64,000 bases of DNA from a virus. The stretch lies in IMG/VR virus record IMGVR_UViG_3300037470_001039, positions 1-64,000 of that record; one strand, given 5' to 3'. The stretch's first letter is position 1; each line of letters starts with the position of its first letter. Both the position numbers and the translations under genes were made by a program. This document shows positions 29,101-36,519 of this stretch, piece after piece. The notes beneath the pieces were generated by a model. The model was given only the letters and a program-made list of their open reading frames with translations, did not search any database and was not told where the DNA came from.

Positions 29101-31776
29101 GACCGCGAGAACGAGAGTTTTTTCGACAACGGGTCGAAGACGCTGCTGTTCCGTCCCTTCCAGCGGAAGGCGATGACGCTTCAGGGTCTCACCATTTCGC
29201 CCGCCGCGTCCACCATCGCGCCGTTCAACTTCCCGACCCTGCTCGGAGCGCCCTGGACGACGAACCCGTTCAACGACACGCAATACCCGAACCCGGCGCT
29301 CATCCTCAACGGCTTCACCGGTCCGAAGGACGACGCGCAGATCTTCACCACGGGTCTCCAGATGGGCTACGAGGTGCCGCATCAGTACATGCCTCGGTTC
29401 GGACGCCAGGACATCCCGTACTACCAGGACAATGGCCCGATCTTCGGCTCGGGTAACTTCCTCGAGGGCATCAATCACCTCTTCCTCGACAACACTGACG
29501 CGAGCCAGCCGGTCTTCAACATCATCGGCGGCGAGGACAACATGACCGGCGGCGCACAAGTCACGTACCTGTACGTGCAGACGGGAGCGACCTCGGGCCT
29601 CGACTACGCCCAGTTCGCCACGATCACCGGCACGCTCAAGCCCGGCTACCAGGGCCGACTGACCACGGAGGTGGGCACTGGCTGCGCCGAGGCGGAGTTC
29701 ATCACGCAAAAACTCAACAGCGTCGTGAGCTCGGACTTCGGGGCCGGCCTCAAGGGCATCATGCTGCCGCCGTACCTGGGCATCGTACGTCTCGTCGGCG
29801 TCTACGATCGTCGGGACTTCGTGGCCAAGGGTGGAGTGACGTACCAGGCCGACCGCGTCACCCCTGAGGCCAACCCGGCGATCAACCTCCTGCGGCGCGA
29901 CGCCGACAAGCAGACCCTCTACATCTGCGAGGATGGTGCATACGACTTGACGGGCCTCCAGGGGGACCACACGTACATCGTCCCGTTCAACGCCATCGAC
30001 ATCACAAAGAGCCCGCACTTCTCCTCGGGAGAGCTGCCCGAGCAGCTTGAGTATGTCCTCGAGATCACCACGTTCGGATTCGGGCACGGGTTCATCAACG
30101 AGAACAACTACGTGATGGCGCGGCGCCACAACGGACAGGGCACCCTCCGGTCCGACGGGGACAACCCAGAACTGTCGGGGGCTCTCATGTGCATCCCCGC
30201 TGCGGCTCCCGACTCACAGCGCCTCTACGTCGCCTACGAGCGCACCGTGTACCAGGGCGACCCTTACTTCTCCCGAGCGGGAGAGGTGCGCACGGTGACC
30301 GACTACGAGAACCGGTACGGGCAGGTGCCGCAGGCGGACGCCTACGGACTCAACAACGAGATCCAGCAGTACGACGCGGATGGCAACCAGATCCCGCAGC
30401 GCCCGAACGGGCGGTCGTTCCAGGTCCTGGCAGCCGTGGACTTCTACACGACGATGGGCACTGGCAACATCGGAGGCAAGTTGTTCGCCGGCACGGTGAC
30501 GGACGTGGCCTTCACGAACGACATGCTGCCCGCGGGCAACCGGATCCCGCCCGCGGTCAACACGCCCGCGTGGCGCATCCTGACCCGCACGTTCACGGCC
30601 GGGCAGGCTCAGGTCAACACGAACCGGGCGGCCGCAGTGCTCGAGGTGGTCGGCGACAACTCGACGTTCGGCTTCCTGACGTCGGCGCTCACCATCTTCG
30701 CCCCGGACGGCACCCCGTACAACTTCGTCGCCGTCAACGGCGCCACGGTTAACCCGGTCGAGTTCGACGCGAGTTCGCCAGACCCGGCCGTCATCGCCCG
30801 CGAGCTGTGGGCGAAGATCAACGCTCGGACCGAACTCCAGGCGGTGGTCAAAGCCTTCAACGACATCGATTCGCCTCAGATCGAAATCGTGGCGTTCGAG
30901 GTCGGCATCTCCGGCAACGAGGTGAAGGTGCAGGTCAACGACCTCGTCAACTTCCTGCTCAAGGTGCCCACCACCGGCGCGCAGGGCCTCAACGCGATGC
31001 TCACGACCACCAACCTCATCGGGGGAGACGATCTGCGTCTCAACGCCGGCAACGGCACGACGCAAATCACCCTCACCGGTATGACGGAGAGACTGCCGCT
31101 TGGCATCCTCCTACAGGACTCCGACTTTCTCGGGGAGAACCCGCTCGGCGACACCGCCTCGGCGGTGAACACGTTCTTCGGGGGCATCCGCCCGGTGCAG
31201 ACGCTCCTGCCTCTCACCGCGTCCGCGGGCGAGGAGTTCACCCGCTTCGCCGGCTCGCCCGGAGAACTCGTCGCACAGGCCGACGGCGCCATCCTCCAGT
31301 ACACGGCCTTCTCGGACACGAACCCGGGGGGCAGCAAGCGGTTCCGCCTGTTCCGAGGGGGCGGCTCGAGCTTCGTGCTCGGCGGCCAGAACCCGGGAGG
31401 CCCCGTGGACTGGTTCTCCGATTCGTTCGCGCCCGCGCTCGAGCCCGTGCTCAAGGGGGGTCTCCTGGCCTGCAAGGCGCTGCTCGTCCGCAACTTCGTG
31501 GAGAAGGCATTCTCGACGGACGACGTCACCACGAACGGCGACGAGATCCAGATGGTCATCCTCACCGAGGGCGTCGGAAACAAGCGGACCGAGCAGCAAG
31601 ACACCGGCATCACCATCGGCGGCATCATCAGCCCGACCGGCTTTGGCGAGGGTTACGCGGCATCCGACCGATACCGCATCAACGGCAAGCCGATGTTCGT
31701 GGGACGCACCCGCGTGACGCCGGATCCCGAGACGGTGCCCCTGGCTCCGTACCCGGGCCGCGACCAGACCGGCTGA
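26104..31776 (+). CDS. Very large baseplate/tail protein (1890 aa) with DUF4815-like N-terminus
   Basis: FQAVVFQEGKPPLDSELNLVQ resembles the N-terminal motif of large phage baseplate/fibre proteins; paralogous to 15037..18468. Confidence 0.65.
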   Translation: MSQDFGNGVSRTLSAFARQFQAVVFQEGKPPLDSELNLVQQDQVEQLAQMVRAKAHSGFFLDPTRALADYVTSPSWSNFFRLAQQKDDQNGDPEELAPVLYANVNGWVIPVTGTILTKEGSTSNEVRLYPPPESDARIDFVFLEAWMALVAPNPSTANKPVANKVWRYGNVEFGATNINDDITDPTIGYETTERVQLQYRIRVVGSGSGAGSSPNLEVYPDGLGDPNVFAQGAAASLSVFTFTNMRKALGDPSLWRAGNGDSSNALGTVDGYSYAIPICAIFRRNNQPYVAANFAGAPNQNGAFDRNPSAVTLADPLDGAKALTTMTLVNGLPPDQFAVDTLIEVDNLIGSGWDDPNIDLTKAFMIIDDEVINISAVDTTASPNTVTILADGRGRWGSDIVTHTGRVGGNPGTGTAVQFFNTRPDGRFADEVHEDDVLDLRRGCNIGDWDYSRLLLHNIVAVMRNRLRSTWKQSGAPGGDTEGVTVTEVDYLLQDGATAVPVGTEALDGPDGIRQIWSDAATIQGDVTMLLNPDGTINAGFIQTLDDLVDWDVGADFKPAAFMNNRNNTTPGFTDGTTIFVYIGGDDGSNGARKTFRDGGTRAVRFVSPREYWKTRFPDDNTGMQNPTNLLWVSTVQANAGVAGPGAGLQALSPAGPGEVPSEHPGPLYPLQSQDFEKPFLVCGGVLNSALVVTGIDGVSQLIGNFLSGGTIPLGEGEIVLPGIDFDISGDWWSTDTNGAFANDPSAITQPVLRGERTLWSMLTNGGRDITGNSSEVYLILFGDDDTIENNGAFKVIGAGTTAANGGMTTNPASTSNRVRVKFISQGIDDFNNTTTKTVTAEARSQTTNSEDGNGSAGGPAALTITLTDLRAVAGGASNPWNEDNINPGAKPGFTLTTPFDYKCVCNLTLLYHPGRGAMARVPDQISRIALQTPNSVILRQSDAVLDPNFPNESGAPGNPAEVDYCPTHVQTWNRLPSLGLWAPDAPNYGGNVVLSSEIDRENESFFDNGSKTLLFRPFQRKAMTLQGLTISPAASTIAPFNFPTLLGAPWTTNPFNDTQYPNPALILNGFTGPKDDAQIFTTGLQMGYEVPHQYMPRFGRQDIPYYQDNGPIFGSGNFLEGINHLFLDNTDASQPVFNIIGGEDNMTGGAQVTYLYVQTGATSGLDYAQFATITGTLKPGYQGRLTTEVGTGCAEAEFITQKLNSVVSSDFGAGLKGIMLPPYLGIVRLVGVYDRRDFVAKGGVTYQADRVTPEANPAINLLRRDADKQTLYICEDGAYDLTGLQGDHTYIVPFNAIDITKSPHFSSGELPEQLEYVLEITTFGFGHGFINENNYVMARRHNGQGTLRSDGDNPELSGALMCIPAAAPDSQRLYVAYERTVYQGDPYFSRAGEVRTVTDYENRYGQVPQADAYGLNNEIQQYDADGNQIPQRPNGRSFQVLAAVDFYTTMGTGNIGGKLFAGTVTDVAFTNDMLPAGNRIPPAVNTPAWRILTRTFTAGQAQVNTNRAAAVLEVVGDNSTFGFLTSALTIFAPDGTPYNFVAVNGATVNPVEFDASSPDPAVIARELWAKINARTELQAVVKAFNDIDSPQIEIVAFEVGISGNEVKVQVNDLVNFLLKVPTTGAQGLNAMLTTTNLIGGDDLRLNAGNGTTQITLTGMTERLPLGILLQDSDFLGENPLGDTASAVNTFFGGIRPVQTLLPLTASAGEEFTRFAGSPGELVAQADGAILQYTAFSDTNPGGSKRFRLFRGGGSSFVLGGQNPGGPVDWFSDSFAPALEPVLKGGLLACKALLVRNFVEKAFSTDDVTTNGDEIQMVILTEGVGNKRTEQQDTGITIGGIISPTGFGEGYAASDRYRINGKPMFVGRTRVTPDPETVPLAPYPGRDQTG

Positions 31777-31779
31777 TCC

Positions 31780-32163
31780 ATGAAGCACCTGTCGCAGCAG
31801 AGGATCTCCATGGAGATGCGTCGTCCCTTCGTCAGGAAGTGGCGGCGCACCCTGCAGAGGCGTCTCGCGTCCCCGGGACTTTCGGCGGACGCGCGTCGCG
31901 TGCTCGAGCGCGACATCCACAACCTCGGGGAGCCCAAGATCTACAACGCGGACGATCCTCCGCCCGTGGGGGCTCGCCGTGGCGGGGAAGGAGCCCCCGT
32001 CAAGATCGACCTGAACGCCGCGACCGCGGAGTCTCTGACCTCGATCCCGCACACGAAACTCTATCTCTACGCCCTCCAGCACGATCTCGAGGTCGCGCCG
32101 GGAGACACCAAGGCCCAGGTCGTGCAGACGATACTGGGCCACGCCAAAGGAGAAGCACCATGA
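31780..32163 (+). CDS. Hypothetical protein, possible C-terminal Rho-N/HeH-like helical domain
   Basis: LTSIPHTKLYLYALQHDLEVAPGDTKAQVVQTIL fits the L....L...A....I......K..L...I pattern. Confidence 0.45.
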   Translation: MKHLSQQRISMEMRRPFVRKWRRTLQRRLASPGLSADARRVLERDIHNLGEPKIYNADDPPPVGARRGGEGAPVKIDLNAATAESLTSIPHTKLYLYALQHDLEVAPGDTKAQVVQTILGHAKGEAP

Positions 32164-32735
32164 AAAACCGAATGATGATGCTGTGGGTCTTCCTCGCAGC
32201 CTCCATGCTCACGAGTCCGGCGACGGCCGCCCCTCCCGAGGAGGACAAGGCCGCGACCGAGGAGAAGGCCGACGAGGCCAAGACCGACGACGTCAAGGCC
32301 GACGAGGAGAAGGCGGACGAGGCCAAGGCGGGGGATGGCGAGACCGGAGGAGAGGCCAAAGCCGACACCGAGGCCAAGGCGGACGAGCCAGCCGAGATCG
32401 AGACCGACGAAGAAGCATTCGACGTCGTGGCACAGCTCGTCGACGCGGCGAAGGGAGGCCAGTGGAGTCTCGTGGCCGCGTTCGTCGTGATGCTGCTGGT
32501 CTACGTCGTGAAGCGATTCGGCCTCAAGGACAAGCTGCCGTCGAAGGCCGTCCCGTGGGTGGCCGCCGGATGCAGCATGGCCGGCTACGTGGCCGCCGCG
32601 CTGATGGTCGAGGGAGCCGCCGTCGGGGAGGCGCTGATCGGAGGCATGGCGACAGGCGCCGCCGCCGTGGGCCTGTGGGAGATGCTGTTCAAGCACTTCC
32701 TGGGCAAGAAGTCGGAGGCCCCCGCCGAGAGCTAG
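32160..32735 (+). CDS. Membrane protein with signal peptide, acidic low-complexity region and about 3 TM helices (holin-like position)
   Basis: ATGA overlap at 32160; MKNRMMMLWVFLAASMLTSPATA signal peptide; KADE repeats; hydrophobic C-terminus; last gene before the terminator. Confidence 0.6.
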   Translation: MKNRMMMLWVFLAASMLTSPATAAPPEEDKAATEEKADEAKTDDVKADEEKADEAKAGDGETGGEAKADTEAKADEPAEIETDEEAFDVVAQLVDAAKGGQWSLVAAFVVMLLVYVVKRFGLKDKLPSKAVPWVAAGCSMAGYVAAALMVEGAAVGEALIGGMATGAAAVGLWEMLFKHFLGKKSEAPAES

Positions 32736-32752
32736 AGGCGCAGGGGACGAAC

Positions 32753-32788
32753 AAGAGAGCCCGGCCGCGCGGTCGGGCTCTCTTTTTT
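32753..32788 (+). terminator. Rho-independent terminator ending the structural operon
   Basis: AAGAGAGCCCGGCC-GCGC-GGTCGGGCTCTCTT stem-loop followed by a T run. Confidence 0.9.
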
Positions 32789-32805
32789 GGTTGGTAGGAT
32801 TCACC

Positions 32806-33078
32806 ATGGACCTCTACGAGCCTCAGTGGATCGTGCTCCGGTGGCCTGTCGGTCTCCTCAACGAGCACCAGCGCGGGCTGCTCGTCGAGTACCTCGACGA
32901 CAACTTCCAGATCGGCACCGTGCGCTTCGAGGCCGGAGATCCCAGCTCGGCCGTGGAGATCCTCGGGTCGGCCCAGAGCGTCGTGAGGAGCGCTGTCCTC
33001 GAGTACATCGAGAAGTTCGTCCTGGCACCCCCCTCCGAGCCCCCGCCCGTCTACGACGCCGAGTACGAGGACGTCTAG
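32806..33078 (+). CDS. Hypothetical protein (90 aa)
   Basis: ATG at 32806 in the provided ORF frame; coding-like composition. Confidence 0.6.
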   Translation: MDLYEPQWIVLRWPVGLLNEHQRGLLVEYLDDNFQIGTVRFEAGDPSSAVEILGSAQSVVRSAVLEYIEKFVLAPPSEPPPVYDAEYEDV

Positions 33079-33133
33079 AGTTCCTATCGGCGCGCGTACA
33101 ATGAGGGGCCGGTCTCGGCACCCACCTTGAGCT

Positions 33134-34819
33134 GTGAGACGAAGAAGGAAGACGCCTGTCAGAATTTCTCGTGGTCTCGACGCCCGGAAGCAGATGCTCG
33201 ACGGGATCGACGAGATGACGCGGGCCGTGGCGGCCACCTACGGCCCGCGCGGGCGTACCGTGATGCTCGACCGTCCGGGAGGCATCCTGTCGACGAAGGA
33301 CGGCGTGTCGGTCGCGTGGGAGATCGAGCCCGCGGACCCCGTGCGCCGTCTCGGCACCCGCGTCGTGCAGGAGGCGTGCAGCAGCGTCAATCGAGCCTGC
33401 GGGGACGGCACCACCACCACGGCCATTCTCGTGCACGCCATCTTGCGGGAGAGCTTGAAGTGGATCGCCGCGGGCGCGCACCCGGTCCTGCTCGCTCGAG
33501 ACTTCCAGCGCGTGGCGGACGACCTCGTCGGGGCAGACGTGTTCGACGTGTGCTGCCCCGTCGCCGTGGAGGACGAGGGGCTCATGAGGGAGGTCGCCTT
33601 GGCCGCGTCCAACGGGGACGAGGAGGCCGCGTCGGCCATCGTCGAGGCGTTCGGGCTCGTGGGCTCCGAGGGCATGATCGTCGTGGAGGAGGGGAAGGGC
33701 CGCGGCATCGAGCTCGTGCACAAGACAGGCATGGAGATCGACCGGGGATGCGAGAGCCTCGAGCTTCTCGACGACGGCGGCTCCCGCCACCTCGACGTCC
33801 CTCTCGTGGCCCTCGTCAACGGCGAACTCACCACGCTGTCCGACGTGGCCCCCATTCTCGAGGAGGCCACGCAGTTCCCTCACCCTCTCGTCATCGTCTC
33901 TCGCGGGTGTTTCGGAGAGGCGGTGAAGGTGCTCGTCGCCAACGACCGCAAACTCGAGAGGGCCGACGGCGGGAAGTTCGAGGTGACGGCGGTGCGGTGC
34001 CCCGGCCACGTCGACTTCATGCGCAGCCGCCTCGACGACCTGGCTGCGCTCACCGGCGCGACGGTGGTCGATCCGAAGGTCGATGCACTCTCCAAGTTCG
34101 AGTCTTGGATGCTCGGGTCGGTGCAGACGGCCACCGTCGACAAGGACAGCGCGAGCTTCGTCGCGTTCGAGGACAAGTACCCGCTGATCGAGGAGCGCGT
34201 CGCACAGCTACGGCACGAGATCGAGTCGACGACCTCGAGCCACGACGTCGAGGAGCTGCGGACCAGGATCGCGCGCCTCACCGACGGGCTCTGCGTCATG
34301 CGGGTCGGAGGATGGTCCGACACGGAGATTCGCGAAAGACGAGGGAGGATCGAGGACGCGCTCGAGGCCGTCCGGGTCGCCGTCGACGGCGGCGTCGTGC
34401 CCGGCGGCGGGATCGCATACCTCGCCCTGGCCAACCTCCTCGAGTGCGGCGTTCACCTCACGCGGGGCGGCACACGCAACTCCCCGATCTTCGCGGTGTC
34501 GGGGCTCGCGGACGAGATCCTCGCCAAGGCCCTCAGGGAGCCTCTCAGGACGCTCGCCAGGAACGCGGGCCACGAGCCTTCCGTGGTCGTCGAGGCCGTC
34601 CTCGCGGCGTCTCGCGTGCCTGGGACCGAGGCGGCGTGTCCCTCGTGGGAGGCCGGCTGGGACGCTACCACGGGCACGATTCGAGACCTCCGCGAGAGCC
34701 CGACCCTCTGCGATCCCCTCGAGGTGGTGAAGGCCACGGTGCTCACGGCCATCTCGACGGCGTCTACCTTGCTCACCGCGGAGGTGGCACTCACCCGCGT
34801 ACAAGGACCGTCCCGATGA
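33134..34819 (+). CDS. groEL: GroEL-like chaperonin (phage-encoded)
   Basis: TYGPRGRTV, TKDGVSVA, GDGTTT, RIEDAL.A...A..GGVVPGGG and DPLEVV motifs. Confidence 0.93.
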   Translation: MRRRRKTPVRISRGLDARKQMLDGIDEMTRAVAATYGPRGRTVMLDRPGGILSTKDGVSVAWEIEPADPVRRLGTRVVQEACSSVNRACGDGTTTTAILVHAILRESLKWIAAGAHPVLLARDFQRVADDLVGADVFDVCCPVAVEDEGLMREVALAASNGDEEAASAIVEAFGLVGSEGMIVVEEGKGRGIELVHKTGMEIDRGCESLELLDDGGSRHLDVPLVALVNGELTTLSDVAPILEEATQFPHPLVIVSRGCFGEAVKVLVANDRKLERADGGKFEVTAVRCPGHVDFMRSRLDDLAALTGATVVDPKVDALSKFESWMLGSVQTATVDKDSASFVAFEDKYPLIEERVAQLRHEIESTTSSHDVEELRTRIARLTDGLCVMRVGGWSDTEIRERRGRIEDALEAVRVAVDGGVVPGGGIAYLALANLLECGVHLTRGGTRNSPIFAVSGLADEILAKALREPLRTLARNAGHEPSVVVEAVLAASRVPGTEAACPSWEAGWDATTGTIRDLRESPTLCDPLEVVKATVLTAISTASTLLTAEVALTRVQGPSR

Positions 34820-35037
34820 CCAACTCCAACGTCCTCGATATTTTCACGTTCTGTGATCACTTCTTCAAGATCGTGCGCCTCGTGGACGGGGACGCCACCA
34901 AGTTCGAGATCGAGGACGAGTACGACACGAAGGCCGCGCTCGAGAACCCCGCGGACCTCAGGGAGGTGAGGGGGGTCTGTGTCACCATCCTCCAGCGGTA
35001 TCGTGCCGAGAGGTCCATGCCGGGAGCTCAGCCATGA
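34816..35037 (+). CDS. Small hypothetical protein (73 aa)
   Basis: ATGA overlaps with both neighbours; AAGGA RBS. Confidence 0.6.
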   Translation: MTNSNVLDIFTFCDHFFKIVRLVDGDATKFEIEDEYDTKAALENPADLREVRGVCVTILQRYRAERSMPGAQP

Positions 35038-35855
35038 GAGGTCGCCTCGTCCAGTTCAAGCGCGGGTCCTGCACTCCCGACACCATCGACGCCCTTCGCA
35101 AACTCGAGAAGCGCGTCTCCAAACTGCGGGCCACCGTGTCCGTCGACGGCCCCGGGCTACTCGAGATGACGTGGGAGAAGGTTCGGGCGGCGCCCGGGCC
35201 CACGGGACTTCCTCCCGAGTGGTCGGCGGTGCCGACGGGCCGCGAGGTCTACCTCAAGCTCACGATCCAGGACGACGACGGTCCAGAGACGTCACGTCGG
35301 GAGCGCGAGCTCGCCATGCTGTGGGCCCTCACCGTGCCGCTCGGGCTCGTCCCGTTCACTCGGTACCCGCTGCCGGGTCCTCACGACTCCGTCTTCCACG
35401 TCTTCGGAGAGTGGGGTCTGCTGCTCGACCACCTCCTCGGGGCCGGGAGAGGCGAGGCCGGGTGGCCCTCCTTCTGCTGCGCGGCGCAGATCGACGTGGG
35501 CAAGTGGGAGGGCGGCCGCGTCACGGAGCGCCTCGTGCAGGCGCACCTGCACCGCATCGGGTTCAACGTCGGCAGCGTCGACGGCATCGTCGGCAACAAG
35601 ACCCAGGGGGCGCTCCGGGCCGCCAACCTGCACTCGCTCCCCTTGGCTGACGTGGCGAAGCAGATCGTGGAAAAGGCGCCGCATATCCCGCCGATCCTGG
35701 AGAGGGACGTTCACGGGCGCATCGACCTCACCGGCGTTGATTTCTCTATTCATCCCTATGGACAGGTACGCGCGACGCGGACCGTTCGTGGGGCCGATCT
35801 TCAAATCTCGGGTCCCGGCCGCGTCGTCCTCGACGTCCGGGACCCGTCTACATGA
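35034..35855 (+). CDS. Peptidoglycan-binding domain protein (possible degenerate M15-like peptidase N-part)
   Basis: VQAHLHRIGFNVGSVDGIVGNKTQGALRA matches the PG_binding_1 DG..G..T..A motif. Confidence 0.7.
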   Translation: MRGRLVQFKRGSCTPDTIDALRKLEKRVSKLRATVSVDGPGLLEMTWEKVRAAPGPTGLPPEWSAVPTGREVYLKLTIQDDDGPETSRRERELAMLWALTVPLGLVPFTRYPLPGPHDSVFHVFGEWGLLLDHLLGAGRGEAGWPSFCCAAQIDVGKWEGGRVTERLVQAHLHRIGFNVGSVDGIVGNKTQGALRAANLHSLPLADVAKQIVEKAPHIPPILERDVHGRIDLTGVDFSIHPYGQVRATRTVRGADLQISGPGRVVLDVRDPST

Positions 35856-36502
35856 CCCTCCACCTCGCCAGCCCCGAAAGAGTCGCCCGGTCGTGGCTCC
35901 TGGAGAAGCTCCTGGGGCCGGAGAAGAAGCCCAGCTCGGCCCCGTCTCGGGGGCGCCCTCTCACCCCTCAGCAGCGGGAACGCGCGCTCGAGGACGCCTA
36001 CAAGTCCCTCAAGGACGACCTCGTCCGCGGGGTGAAGCAGGAGTTCGCGGGGCTCGACGCCGCGGAGAAGCGCATCGCCGGGAAGCACGGCATCGATCCC
36101 CTCTTCTTGAACTGGTACGTGGTCAACGGACAGCACTGGCCCCCGATGCCTGCGCGCACGAAGAGCGCGCTGCGGACCATGCAGAGCGCCCGTATGTGGT
36201 TCGCCGAGGTGCCGAGCAGTTGGGCGAACATGACTGTCCCGAGCATGGACAATGCGCGGTCTCGCGACGCCGCGTTCCGGGAACTCGGCGAGTGGTTCCT
36301 CAAGAACTTCGTCGCCAGCGTGGAGCGTAAATTCACGAACACGATCTGGAAAAAGTCGCGGGAGCTCCTCAGCGTCTTCCACAGCAAGGGCTCGCCGAGC
36401 AAGGCGTCGATCCTCCTGCTGCGGGATTTCAAGAACCGTCTCGGAGAGGATCGGTTCCAACTCAAGCCGGCCGTTCGTCGACTCGTCGAGCTGTTCGACT
36501 AG
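35852..36502 (+). CDS. Hypothetical protein (216 aa)
   Basis: ATGA overlap with the upstream gene; coding-like composition. Confidence 0.6.
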   Translation: MTLHLASPERVARSWLLEKLLGPEKKPSSAPSRGRPLTPQQRERALEDAYKSLKDDLVRGVKQEFAGLDAAEKRIAGKHGIDPLFLNWYVVNGQHWPPMPARTKSALRTMQSARMWFAEVPSSWANMTVPSMDNARSRDAAFRELGEWFLKNFVASVERKFTNTIWKKSRELLSVFHSKGSPSKASILLLRDFKNRLGEDRFQLKPAVRRLVELFD

Positions 36503-36519
36503 GTGCGTATAACGGCGGC

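Noticed and set aside
5679-31776. Diversity-generating retroelement or invertible tail-fibre cassette
   Set aside because: No reverse transcriptase, recombinase or near-identical TR/VR repeat pair was noticed in the window (inspection by eye only).
34816-35037. GroES co-chaperonin
   Set aside because: No PLxDRV or mobile-loop GGI motif; the sequence looks partly helical.
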